Assembly (NCBI RefSeq): GCF_018350175.1
Contig: NC_058373.1
Span: 102,860,001 to 102,924,000, forward strand
From: Felis catus
Lineage: Eukaryota
Length of the DNA: 64,000 bases
Reading direction: 5' to 3'
Of this stretch, positions 25,131-37,172 are shown piece by piece. The notes below the pieces were generated by a model that ran no database searches, had not been told where the DNA came from, and saw nothing but the letters and a program-made list of their open reading frames with translations. The first letter of the stretch is position 1; every line of letters begins with the position of its first letter. The translations under genes and the position numbers were made by a program.

Positions 25131-26480
25131 GAACAGAAAGGAGAGGAAGAGTAATTTCTGTGAGAGGAAGGAGAGGCAGGAGTGCCCCTTCTGGAGCCTC
25201 CTCATTGCCATTCTTCATTGGATCACGTCTTCCAAAACTCAGAGGGCTCTGTGGCTCCCCTGTGGGAATTAGGGGGCCAAGGGGGGCCTTTTCAGCTTGT
25301 AATACAAGCCATACGGGTAACAATGTGACTAGAACCAGGGTGGGAGCCACAGGCACACCCAGCCTGCTTCTAGGCTCCATGCTCTCTGACCTCATCCCAG
25401 AAGCCAGGCAGTGCTGCAGGGTGGGGGCCCTCCAGAGACGTGGTGGGAGGGCTTTGTATCAGGTCGGCACTATCTCCCCTCCCTGGCAGGACAAGGCCTG
25501 TGCAGCCACCTCTGGGCTTGGTGCCAGCACCTCTTATTGAAAAACAGTGGCACCGATGGCAGTGATGTTTTACAAAGGAAACAATGGAGAGAACGTGACA
25601 TGGACTGAGATCACAGCGCACAACGTTTCAGTCCCAGGCCAGTTTCAATAGCGATGGTTCAAACTCCTCTCTGAGATTGTTTCCAGGAAACTGTAGGGTG
25701 TGAAACTATAGTGCCAGATGTTGTATTGAAAGGAAAACCTCCCAGAACAAATAATAATAATAACAGAAGGGCAAATTAATCCCACAGGTGAAAGAGCACG
25801 AGCGAGCAAGAGAGCGCTAAGACTGTAACCACATCTGGGTAGTTCTGGACAAATTCCATGTCACCTGCTTGTTTCTTTTCACTCCCTAACCCTTCTCCTC
25901 CCTGTGATCTTTGGGACCAAGCCTTCTGAACTGCTGAGGTACCAGTCATAGTGAGGCAAGCAGCTGGAGGAGGGAGGTTTGCAGCCACCTACAAACAGCA
26001 CATTTCACACATTAAGAAAGATACTCCTGATGGTGTGTGTGGGTTGCACAGCCAAGGCAGAGCTCACTCTCCAGCCAAGGTCCTGAGCTAGAATTCCATG
26101 CAGTGGAGGGTGGGATGCGTGGCATGTTAAGTCAACAATATCCAGGGTGCTCAGATGGAATACCTGTCCCAGAAGAGGCAGAAAGAAGTGGGTGAATTAC
26201 TTTGAAAAACAAATGCCTGAGAAAAGTGAGGGATGTACCTGGGGGTGGAGGGGCATGTGAAGAGCTGTTAACCAAACCTCATCTGCCTTGGGTACTTTAA
26301 AAGCAGGTCCAGAAAATTGTTATATTCACACCAGTTGCAGCATAAGCTTGGACTTTCCTTTATGCTCAAGTAAGAGTCGATGTTCTGACAAAACTATTGC
26401 AACCTGGGCAGGAGTTAGGGTGTCAGTGGAATGGGTGATGGAAAGGACAGAGAATGTGTCACAGATTGGTATAGGGTCAA

Positions 26481-26640
26481 GTAGGGCGTTCATGCACAGT
26501 GGTGCAGGTTGTACCCTGCACAAAGATGCTTGGCAAGAGGGTACACATGGGGGCCAAAATCTAGCTGGCACCATTGACAAAGCCTGGTATGCAGCTGCAT
26601 CAGCCCAAAGAAGGGACACATTTTAAAAATAGGTTCTTCT
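26481..26640 (+). mobile_element. MER91-like hAT-Tip100 element
   Basis: agggc...acagtggtgcaggttgtaccctgcacaa terminus. Confidence 0.65.
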
Positions 26641-28440
26641 AGCAGGATACCTGTTTCTAATTCCCAGAAAGGTGTTACTGTGTGAGTCCTTGTCATAAAA
26701 AAAAAAATGTTTCTCATATTTCCCTTCTGTATACCTTCTCCCTCTCCCTTCTTTTTTTCTCTCTCTTAGAATGCTTCTCCACATGTTTTCTGGGAAATTG
26801 ATAGCTGATATGTAAACCAAGAGTTCAGTGGTAAAGTAAGTTTGGGAAATGATGGTTTAAACACAGATTTCTTTGAACAGTAGGATTTCCAAGAGCATTT
26901 CATATGTGACCTGGATTACGAATCTCTGACAGGTAATTATGGTGAGCAGAGCTTCCCAAATGTATATGGCCATGGAAACATCTTGGAGGACTACTGTTCT
27001 GTGAACACATATAATACTGTTTTAAATGATCCGTGTTTCATCCCTTAAATTTTTATTCAGGAGAGGATTGCTCTGGAAGCATGTCATTGTTTATCAACTG
27101 GGGGTCTAGCATAAATGTCAACCAACTGCCTTGACTTCCTAGTGGAGTCATGGACTCCTTGTTGAAGGAGACAGCATGCTTTTCTATACGCAGTGATGAA
27201 ATATTTGAGGGTGCACAAAGCATTTACCATGTGGAAGGACATCTTCTTGGATGGATAAATGGGGTTTAATAGCCACTTATCCCTGTTACCCTCCATGGAT
27301 GGGATTTTTCAAGTGTCAATAACCAAAATGGTCCCTGGGGAGCCAAGAATTTTTGGTGCTATTATTCAAAAAAGGTAATAGGAAGAGGTAGTAGAATAAG
27401 GAATTTATTCTTAAAAACCCACAAGCTTTAAATTCATTAGCAATGAGGAATCATCCAGAAAATATCTGATGACTTCTTTGACATGAGTCTTCCAAGTGTG
27501 GAGAAATGTCTGTGCCCCACCCCCTCACCAACAAGCAAATGAACAAACAAAAGGGATATTTTGTGCTTCTCTATTGCTTTCCCATGAACTTACTAGAATC
27601 TCTATAAGACCAAGGGAAGTTTGAGAAGGACTAAAGAGATTCTGTTCAGACTGATGAACCACAGATCTCCTGTGGCCCTAACAGGAGGACCTGGCTCTCA
27701 ACTTGGTCCTGTCCTCACTGGCACAGCTTTCTGCTCCACTGGCTGCAGCTGATGAAGGGGCCAGCTTAGAGTCCAGCTCAGAGTGGTATTTGAGAATATG
27801 TTTTGTAGACAGTTACTGCATCGAGAAAGCTGAAGAGGAGCAGGTTTTCTGGGAGTCTGTAGGTCAGGAAGGGAACTGAGAAGCCTCCCACTCACCCGCA
27901 TATTGAGGTCCCATGGGTTATCCCCTCTAAATCTAGATAGACTTGTTATTTTATTTTGTTCATTCAACTTTGTGATTCATGCAAATTGTACACATCGTAA
28001 CCCAGGATCACCAAAACTCACCAAAAATACAGCAACTACCACTGTTTTTGCTGAAAGTATTATTTTGGTTTGTTCTATATGGATCTGGAACTAGCCAAAA
28101 AATTTAAAGGACATCACAGAATCATAATAATCAGGCATACCAGTGAGAGGTTATTTCTGCTTTGGTGCTTTGAGAAGGGAAGATTTCTTACACTGATTGG
28201 AAAAGCAGATGAATTCAAATGCAAATCACCTTGCCTACATGTGGGATTAGAGAAAGTGTACATTATAACAATTTGAATACACATTTAAATTTGGCTGTAT
28301 TTGTCTTCCCAGATTTTACTCACATCTATCCTTATTGTGTTTGCCAGCCAGATAATGAAGAACTTGGCGAACTTTAAAAAGTAATTTCCCTTTTTGTACC
28401 CTGAGTTAGCCTCATGGAAGATGTTCTACAGATTTATGAA

Positions 28441-28580
28441 TAGAATGACCATAAGTTTTGGTTTGCCCAGACAGTCCTGGCTAATGCTTGTTGACGGATT
28501 AATGATTGTTAATTATTTTTAGCTCCCAGTTTCACTCTCCTAAGTGTCCTATTTGGATGATAAATTATATGGTTTCTCTA
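28441..28580 (+). mobile_element. MER94-like hAT-Blackjack MITE
   Basis: Degenerate TIRs tagaatgaccata and tatggtttctcta; inverted copy at 35300-35432. Confidence 0.75.
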
Positions 28581-28921
28581 CTCATGAGTGGGAGAAGTGG
28601 GTAGGTAGAAGAAATACCAGAGTTGGTAAATCATTTCAGCTACCGCCATCATTTAAACAATACACACATATACATTTTTTTCTTGAGTTACTAACTTTAG
28701 ACAGTACATATTAATTCCCTACTGTGTAAAATGAGACAAATGGAATATCCTCCACATATAGTATTTCCTCCAATTCCATCACCCTTCCTCCCTCCTAGCT
28801 TTGGTCAGTCATTATATTACTTTCACATTGTCAAGTTTTACATTTGTTAGTTGCGCGTATATTCTGTTGCATAATTGCAGTCAAGCTTTCTGCTTTGTCT
28901 GTAGGTAGATCCTAAAAGTTT

Positions 28922-29152
28922 TTTTTTTTTTAATTTTTTTTTCAACGTTTTTTATTTATTTTGGGACAGAGAGAGACAGAGCATGAACGGGGGGGGGGGG
29001 GGGGGCAGAGAGAGGGAGACGCAGAATCTGAAACAGGCTCCAGGCTCTGAGCTGTCAGCCCAGAGCCTGACGCGGGGCTCGAACTCACGGACCGCGAGAT
29101 CATGACCTGGCTGAAGTCGGACACTTAACCGACTGCGCCACCCAGGCGCCCC
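28922..29152 (-). mobile_element. Young CanSINE (SINEC_Fc-like)
   Basis: CpGs intact; perfect 15-bp TSD agatcctaaaagttt at 28907-28921 and 29153-29167. Confidence 0.97.
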
Positions 29153-29302
29153 AGATCCTAAAAGTTTAAATGCAGTGAACATTTATAATATCATAATTAT
29201 GTAACTCTTATTCCCAGTAGAACCAACTAGCATAAATGAACCTTTAGAGAAGGATATGCCATGCTATGCCAATAATCTGGAGAATGTTTCAAGTCAAATA
29301 AA

Positions 29303-29304
<2 letters not shown>

Positions 29305-29343
<39 letters not shown>
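29305..29343. repeat. (GAT)n microsatellite
   Basis: Seen directly. Confidence 0.98.
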
Positions 29344-29346
<3 letters not shown>

Positions 29347-29383
29347 TTACCCTGTGATAATGGCTCATTTTTTTTTTTACATT

Positions 29384-29591
29384 AATTTTTTTTTTTACTA
29401 TTTATTTTGGGGAGGCAGAGAGACAGAGTGCAAGCAGGGGAGGGGCAGAGAGAGATACAAACAGAGAATCTAAAGCAGACTCCAGGCTCCAAGCTGCCAA
29501 CACAGAGCCAGATGCGAGCTTGAACCCATGAAAGGTAGGATCATGACCTGAGCTGAAGTCGGATGGTTAATCGACTGAGCCACCCAGGCGC
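29384..29591 (-). mobile_element. CanSINE
   Basis: SINE head, (GA) region and T-rich tail. Confidence 0.9.
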
Positions 29592-30055
29592 CATTTTTTT
29601 TTCCACATTTTAGTTTGCATTATATCTGAAGTTCCCCCTCCCCCCCCACAGGCTTGGTTTGTTTTTCCTCCCCTGGAGATGCCAACTATTTTTCTTTCTA
29701 TTCATTAACTGAAAAACATGTCCATAAGAGCCTCTAGGTTCTTACTCATAAATGGAAACATCTTGTTCTTGAAGACCTTCACGGACCCTTTGACCTCTTA
29801 TATTAATTTGGACTCAGTTGCTTTCCAAGTCAGTTGCAAAGTTGTCATCTTCAATTTTCTACTCATTGGGTTCTTGTGTTACTTCCTTCCCCCCACCCCC
29901 AGAAACCATTTATTATTCTTTCTTAAATTCTTTTGTTGTTTTGCTAAAGGCCATTGTCAAATCACGTACAGAATAATTCTCTGTATTGCTAGATTTCTGA
30001 AAATGTCTTCTTTTCACCTTCATACACAATTGACACTCATCAAGATCCCATCTAG

Positions 30056-30744
30056 TGTATCACTCTGGGTCCAATCAGGAGACGGAAACCACACAGTAAT
30101 TTAAACAGGAAAATAATATAAAGAATTATTAATTAATTCTAATGGAGGATTGGAGCAATGAGGAATTATCTAGTAAAAAGTAAAGAAAGCTCTCTGAAGA
30201 ATATAGAAATAGCAGAAATACAGAGCAGTTCCACCCCCACTCCCACCGCGGAGACAGAGTGCCCAGGAAGAGCCACCCTGAGCCCAGAGCTAAAATCTAG
30301 ATCTTTTTGGAGAAAGCCCAGCCATGGCTCACTGAATTCCAGAGAGGGTGCTGTGGTGCCATTCCAGTTGGAAATCCACCCTCTGGAACTTGATAGAAAT
30401 CTACCCTGTAAGGTGCTATGGAAAATTATTCATGGGTCTTACCAGGGATGCTACACTATAAAACAGCTCAGAGGACTCCAGGAGTTCTTCTGGCCACTGG
30501 GTGCCTCTGCCAGCTTTGCCCTGCAGGAGTTGTCTGCTAGAGAAGGTGCTTGTGCTGCAGCAGCCTTCTGAGTAAGCACACCAAATCCAGGACCCAAAAC
30601 CCTCCCGAGTCTCTTCGGTGTCCTCTGCTGGCAAAGTGTTGGTGACGGCAGGCAAGGAAAAATAAAGGGCCCAGATCCATTTTCCCAGAGCAAGCAAAAG
30701 AAGAGAATTTGGAGCCAGGAGGCAATAAATCAGTAACTGGCACG
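30056..30744 (-). mobile_element. LTR41-like ERVL solo LTR
   Basis: Runs from tgtatcactctgggtccaatcaggagac to ggcaataaatcagtaactggcac; perfect 5-bp TSD tctag at 30051-30055 and 30745-30749. Confidence 0.85.
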
Positions 30745-31026
30745 TCTAGGTTCAGGAGCATGTCATCAGAATGTTGAAGGCTTTGCTCCATTGCCTTCTG
30801 ATTGTGGTGCACATGAGCAGTTTGATGCTATCCTGACTATTACTCTTTTCTGGGTGACCTGTTTCTTCCTTTCTGCAAGGAATTTTCTCTTTATTTTTGG
30901 AATTCTGAAATTTCATCAGAATGTGTCTGTATGTCAACTTTTTTTTTCCTGATTTGCCTACTTGAAACTCTGTGGATGCTCTAACCTAAAGACCAGAGTA
31001 TGCAGCTTAGAAAGTTCTTATATTTG

Positions 31027-31566
31027 AGGAAACAGTTAACAAAACTAAAAGGCAACCGATGAAATGGGAAAAGATATTTGCAAACAACATATTGGATAAA
31101 GGGCTAGTATCCAAAATCTATAAAGAACTCCACACTCAAAAACAATCCAGTGAAGAAATGGGCAGAAGACATGAATAGACACTTTTCTTTTTTTTTTTCT
31201 ATTTTTTATTTTTTAAAATTTACATCCAAATTAGCATATAGTGCAACAGTGATTTCAGGAGTAGATTCCTTAGTGCCCCTTACTCATCTAGCCCATCCCC
31301 CCTCCCACACCCCCTCCAGTAGCCTTTAGTTTGTTCTCCATATTTATGAGTCTCTTCTGTTTTGTCCCCCTCCCTGTTTTTATATTATTTTTGATTCCCT
31401 TCCCTTATGTTCCTCTGTTTTGTCTCTTAAAGTCCTCATATGAGTGAAGATATGATTTTTGTCTTTCTCTGACTGACTAATTTCACTTAGCATAATACCT
31501 TCCAGTTCCATCCACGTAGTTGCAAATGGCAAGATTTCATTCTTTTTGATTGCCGAGTAATACTCC

Positions 31567-31614
<48 letters not shown>

Positions 31615-32474
31615 CACCACATCTTCTTTATCCATTCATCCATTGATGGACAGACACTTTTCTAAAAAAGACATCCAGATGGCCAACAGGGACATGAAAA
31701 GATGTTCAGTGTCGCTCCTCATCAGGGAAATACAAATCAAAACCACACTGAGATACCACCTCATGCTGGTCAGAGTGGCTAAAATGAACAAATCAGGAGA
31801 CTATAGATGTCGGCGAGGATGTGGAGAAATGGGAACCCTTTTGCACTGTTGGTGGAATGCAAACTGGTGCAGCCACTCTGGAAAACAATGTGGAGGTTCC
31901 TCAAAAAATTAAAAATAGATCTACCCTATGACCCAGCTATAGCACTGCTAGGAATTTCCCCAGGGGATACAGGAGTGCTGATGCATAGAGGCACATGTAC
32001 CCCAATGTTTATAGCAGCACTTTCAACAATAGCCAAATTATGGAAAGAGCCTAAATGTCCATCAACTGATGAATGGATAAAGAAGATGTGGTTTATATGT
32101 ACGATGGAATACTACTTGTCAATGAGAAAAATGAAATCTGGTCATTTGCAGCAATGTGGATGGAACTGGAAGGTATTATGCTAAGTGAAATAAGTCAGGC
32201 AGAGAAAGACAGATACCATATGTTTTCATTCATATGTGGATGCTGAGAAACTTAACAGAGGACCATGAGGGAGGGGAAGGGGAAAGAAAAAGTTACAGAG
32301 AGGGAAGGAGGCAAACCATAAGAGACTCTTGAATACTGAGAACAAACTGAGGGTTGATGGGGAGTGGGGGGGAGAGGGGAAAGTGGGTGATGGGCATTAA
32401 GGAGGGCACCTGTTGGGCTGAGCACTGGGTGTTGTATAGAAACCAATTTGACAATAAATTATATTTAATAATAA
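31027..32474 (+). mobile_element. 5'-truncated felid-type L1 (ORF2 end and 3' UTR)
   Basis: [10 protein letters not shown] and CPSTDEWIKK motifs; TSD ttctt(a/g)tatttg at 31015-31026 and 32475-32486. Confidence 0.95.
31189..31651 (-). mobile_element. Short L1 3' end nested in the previous L1, contains (TG)n
   Basis: Perfect 12-bp TSD agacacttttct at 31177-31188 and 31652-31663. Confidence 0.93.
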
Positions 32475-33857
32475 TTCTTGTATTTGGTTATCATATTATT
32501 CCCTCGTGTCAATTTCTGTTCTCTTTCTCATTTGAACTCCTACTAACAGGTGTGTGCCTCTTGGACTGTCCTTTCTGTCTTGACAGCTTTCTTCTCAAAC
32601 TTTCTCTTTGTCTTTTGGTTGAAGTTCTGGGAAACTTCCTTGGCTTCATATTATACATTACCAATTCAGCCTTGGCCATATCTATGTGAATATTCCACCT
32701 CCTCTGTTAAGTAATTTTATGTTGCCAATCCTATTTTAAGTTTCCATGTACTCTCTTTTTTCTGATGTTTCCTTTTCATAATAGTGTTATTTTATGAATG
32801 CAATATCCTCTTGAATGTTAGGATACCAATTTAGAATTTTTCTCTTAAGTTTTTTTCTATTCCTTGTATTTTCTGTTTCCTGAATGGTTCAGTTATTTTA
32901 TTTTGGTTCTTCCATTTCATATGCTGATTTTCCTAAAAAGTTCTAGCTTTTTGGAGGTTCCTTTCATTTATGAATGAAGGACTAGTCTGGTTAATAAAGG
33001 AGGCTGATGTGAACTTCCTCTGTAGTTGTGAAGGAAAGTTTCCCAAACAGATCCTTTCCCTAAATGGGATGGTTGACTTGAGGATTTGTGTACCTAGTGA
33101 CATGTGCTAAAAGCCAGTCCACTGTGTCCCCCTACTGCAGGGGATACAAACTGAGCTTTCTGAGGTGAGGGGCAAGTGAAGTCCATCCCAAACCTTAATA
33201 AGAAACCAGACTTAGTATACCAACAGCTCTTTCTTGAAATCTTTCAGTAGAATCTCCCAGTTCTAAACTCCATTTATACTCTGAGTGTTCATGAGGGGTT
33301 AATGAGTTGATTAAGTGGTTATCAGCCACCTACTTTGAAAACTGCTATATTCTGTTTAGTATCCTATTTTGAATCTTGTTGTCTTTACCAAAATATTTAT
33401 TTTAATACTATGTTAGAAATACCTTTAAGTACTTATGAAAATATACATGTAGGATAATATTCCTAAAAGTGTATCAGATGGTGTTCAGTCTTAACCTTGA
33501 GAATCAGTGGCTTAGCTGATGGAAGTTGTTGTGGCTGACTCAATTATTAGCTATCTCAGAGCTTTTTAAACAATTACAGTCATTGCTTCTCTTCCATCTA
33601 TACTTCCTTACATGACTGTCAGGAAGTGTCTATGGCAGAGGTACAAAGAGTGGGACTTGTGCCACCATGAGCTTCACCCCAGATTCACTGTGTGACTCTA
33701 GGTAATAACCATAATTTCTCCTGCTGGCCCAATGGCTTCCTATTGGCTGGGCACTGTACCAAGCCCTCCATAGGCATATTCCTAATCATCTCTAATAACA
33801 ACTTCATGAGGACAGGACCATAATCACTCCCAGACTTACCGAGGCTTAGAAAGGTAT

Positions 33858-33970
33858 ACTATGATGGCTTCACAACTCTGTGAATGCACTAAAAACCACT
33901 GAATTATAACTTTTAAATGGGGGAATTTTATGGTATGTGAATTATATCCCAATAAAGCTGTTATTAATAT
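33858..33970 (+). mobile_element. L1MB-like extreme 3' end
   Basis: gtgaatgcactaaaaaccactgaatt...atggtatgtgaattatatcccaataaagctg. Confidence 0.8.
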
Positions 33971-34385
33971 TTTTTTTACCAACCTGAGGTAGAACCAATT
34001 AAAATTATTAATGAGGTTAAGCATCTTTTCTTTTGCAGGGTGGAAATTCTTATTTTTCTTTTCATATCTTTCATTCACTTACAAATGGAGTTATTGGTCT
34101 TTTACTTACTGATTCGTAAGAGGTCAAGTTTGGTCCATCATATATGTTGCAAATATTTTTCAACATCGTTGTTGACTTTTGAGTTTATTCATCTTCTTTC
34201 GTCCAGCAGAAAATGCTAGTTTTTATTGAGATAAGTTTATCAATCTTTTCTTCACGTGTTTGGGGTTTTACATTATGGTTATAGAGGCCATTTTAATCCT
34301 AAAATCTGCCTCAAGATGAATTTTTAAAACGTATCATTCTTTCTTTTAGTATATTTGTGATTTATTTTAAAATGTGTAATGTTTT

Positions 34386-34593
34386 GGGGTGCCTGGGTAG
34401 CTCAGTTGGTTAAGCTTCCAGCTCTTGATTTTGGCTCAGGTCACAATCTCACAGTTCTTGAGTTTGAGCCCCGGTTCGGGCTCTATGCTGTCGGCGTGGA
34501 GCCTGCTTGGGATTGTGTCTTCCTCTTTCTCTGCCCCTCCCCTGCTTGCTCTCTCTCTCTCTCTCTCTCAGAATAAATAAAAATAAACTTAAA
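34386..34593 (+). mobile_element. CanSINE
   Basis: TSD aaaatgt(g/t)taatgtttt at 34369-34385 and 34594-34610. Confidence 0.95.
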
Positions 34594-34872
34594 AAAATGT
34601 TTAATGTTTTATCTATTTGGACTGGGAATAATGTATAAAAATCTAGTCTGTTTTCTTCCAGATGGTTGGCCAACTGTCCCAACATCATTTAGTAAGTAAT
34701 ATATTTTAGCTTCATCGATGGGAAAGTCACTTCTATCATGTATTAAACTCCCATATGTGTTTGGTTCTATGTTTATACCCTTTATTCTGTTCCATTGATG
34801 TTTCTGTGAATTCATTCATCAAACTCTTTTATTGTTGTAGCTTTATAATCATTTTAAAACACCATAAAGTTA

Positions 34873-34963
34873 GGGGGCACCTGAGTGGCTCAGTTGGTAG
34901 AGCATCCAATTCTTGATCTCAGGGTTGTAAGATCAAGCCCCATGTTGGGTGGAGATCCTACCA

Positions 34964-34994
<31 letters not shown>

Positions 34995-35015
34995 CCAAAA
35001 AACAAACAAACAAAA
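34873..35015 (+). mobile_element. Short tRNA-Lys-like carnivore SINE (no CT tract) with (CAA)n tail
   Basis: tggctcagttggtagagcat...tcttgatctcagggttgtaagatcaagccccatgttggg follows tRNA-Lys; 5' ggggcacctg leader is SINE-like. Confidence 0.8.
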
Positions 35016-35299
35016 AGAACATGGTAAAGCTAGTTCTTGTTACTTTTGCCTTTATTTGGGAATTTTCATGGCTTGTTTCTTAACATTTATTTTTTTTAAT
35101 AGGCAACTTTAGTTTAAATGATCAAGTTCCAATAAAAAAATTGTTGTTTTTTATTTGATAGCATAAAATTTATACATTTAATTAGGGGTCTATTTCCTAT
35201 ATGGTTAAAGATACCCACTTTTTTGGCTTCCCTCTACTTCCTGATAGTCCTCTTTGTCTCCTTTATTTGTTTGATGGTCCCCAGAGTTGGGTTATTGGT

Positions 35300-35432
35300 T
35301 AGGGGGACTATAAAATTTATTGTTTAAACTAGGACACTTTTGTGATTAAACAAGTTGCTATGGATAATTACGCTAGGACAACAGGTATAAACCAGGGCTG
35401 TTGTGGGCAAACTGGGGTATATGGTCTCCCTA
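35300..35432 (-). mobile_element. MER94-like MITE
   Basis: TIR-like ends tagggggactata and tatggtctcccta. Confidence 0.7.
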
Positions 35433-35459
35433 GTTATGGCCTTTTCAATTAAAAAATTT

Positions 35460-36595
35460 TTCCCCCTTGTGATCTTATATATTGCCATTTTACCAACTGC
35501 AATCTACATGTTAATGATTCCCAAATTTGCATCCAGCTTCTGTCTTGAGTTCTTGATCCGTATTTCCAGCCCTATGCCTGATATCTCCCATCCAAGTCCT
35601 AACCAGGCCCGACCCTGCTTAGCTTCCGAGATCGGACGCGATCGGGCGCGTTCAGGGTGGTATGGCCGTAGACTATGCCTGATATCTCATCCATGGCCCC
35701 ACAGTCATGTCAAATTCAAGTTGGATTCAGCTTCCCTTCATAACTGAGTCCTCCTTGCTTGTTTTCTCATGAAGTCAGTCATCTAGTCTTTTGAGCTATA
35801 ATTTGGAACTCATCCCTGATCTGGAACTTATCCTTCTCCCTCATTGCCCGTTTTGGTCTCCAAATCTTTTCTATCACTGAAATAGTTTCTAAACACAATC
35901 CCACTTCTTATTGCCACTGGCTTCTCTGTATTAGGGGTATCATGAATCTCTTTTCTGGATTATTACAGTGGCTTCCCTTCTGGTCATCCTGCCTCAAGAC
36001 TTTTCTTACTTCCATCCAGCCTCCATTCTTCTATTAGAGTGAAAACATAAACCTGATCTTGTTATTCATCTGCTTAAAGATTTGTGCTGGTGCCACCTTG
36101 CCAAACCCCTTACCATGCTATGCAAGGCCATCCCAACTGGTTATTTCCTCCTGTTTAAGTTCTCACCTCTCTGATACAAATGCCCCAGTCATAGTGAAAG
36201 TCATTCCATCTCCCAAGTATACCATGACACTTCTACAACTCTAACTCTGCACAGACTGGGCTCACTAAAATTCCCTTTCTGCTCTCTCTCTCCCTGCCCC
36301 TGCTTTTTTTTTTTTTTTTTTTTGTTTTAGCCAAAAGCAGCCCCCCTCAGACACCGAGATAAAGAGATAAAGCCTCACTTCCTTTGTAAAGCCTTCCCTG
36401 ATTCTCCCAGGCAGTGAATCCCCTTTGCAGTGCACCTGCAGTGCCCCCTTCCCACCTTTCACCCACTCATCACACCGTGATTCCCTTTCTGTGTACATGT
36501 CTCCCTCACTCTCCCAACTGGTCACTTTTTAAGGGCATGGACTTATTTCCCAGAGCCTGGTACTTACCAGATGCCTCATAAATTTTTGTTGGATA
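35460..36595 (+). mobile_element. L2 3' region (degenerate)
   Basis: Motifs tgatgattcccaaattt-like, ggattattacagtggcttcc and aaagccttccctga. Confidence 0.6.
35584..35673 (-). pseudogene. 5S rRNA retropseudogene, nt 1-90, 3'-truncated, no poly(A) tail
   Basis: Reverse complement gtctacggccataccaccctgaacgcgcccgatc...ggatgggaga differs at 3 of 90 positions from mammalian 5S as recalled; TSD tatgcctgatatctc. Confidence 0.97.
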
Positions 36596-36880
36596 GACTC
36601 ATGAAAGATATTGTGAGTGGTGGTTTGTGACTATTTGTGGTTACCTGCAAATTCCATCTGGAATGCAGCCCAGGGCAAGTGTGCTTATTTTTAATATAAA
36701 TTACAACAATAAATTCAAATTATTACTAGTAGAAGTTATGGAGGACTTGCTTTATTTAGATGTTATTATAGGCCCTTCAAGAGGCATTTTCTCCTTTAAT
36801 CTTAAAAATAACCTATCAAGATAGGTTTTTCTCTAGCCATTTTCTGATAAAGGAAGCAAAGATCGAGAGATCGAGTAACT

Positions 36881-37095
36881 TAAAAAAAAATTTATTTATT
36901 TATTTTGAGAAAGAGACAGAGAGAGCATATGACGAGTTGGGGAGAATCAGAGAGAGGGAGAGAGAGAATCCCAAGCAGGTTCTGTGCTGTGAGTACAGAG
37001 CTTGACATGGGGCCTGATCTCGTGAACCAGGAAATCATGACCTAAGCTGAAACCAAGAGTTGGACTCTTAACCAACTGAACCACGCAGACACCCC
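36881..37095 (-). mobile_element. CanSINE within a MIR-like segment
   Basis: SINE structure; agtaactt on both sides. Confidence 0.9.
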
Positions 37096-37172
37096 TGAAG
37101 TAACTTTTCTGAAGAGCAGTAACTAGTAGGTAGGATTAGAACCAGCAGTATTTTACTTCAGAATTCAGTCTT

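Larger units (their letters stand above)
29700..33000 (-). mobile_element. Old HAL1/L1M-like element with ORF1 remnant, interrupted by LTR41 and young L1s
   Basis: 30752-30937 (-) gives RHILMKFQNSKNKEKI...RRQWSKAFNIL, the L1 ORF1p C-terminal region; outer limits uncertain. Confidence 0.6.
34080..35190 (-). mobile_element. Old L1ME-like ORF2 remnant interrupted by SINEs
   Basis: ORF 34609-34815 (QWNRIKGINIEPNTYGSLI) resembles L1 ORF2. Confidence 0.7.

Noticed and set aside
25039..25621. Cluster of overlapping 65-126 aa ORFs
   Set aside because: No domain similarity or convincing splice structure; partly overlaps L2 sequence.
30158..30571. 137-aa ATG-initiated ORF
   Set aside because: It lies wholly inside the LTR41-like solo LTR and has no recognisable homology.
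34873..34950. Functional tRNA-Lys gene
   Set aside because: SINE-type 5' leader, mismatched stems, degraded T-loop and a (CAA)n/A tail indicate a SINE or retrocopy.
35584..35673. Functional 5S rRNA gene
   Set aside because: Lacks the last 30 nt and the terminator, is a single copy and is flanked by a TSD.
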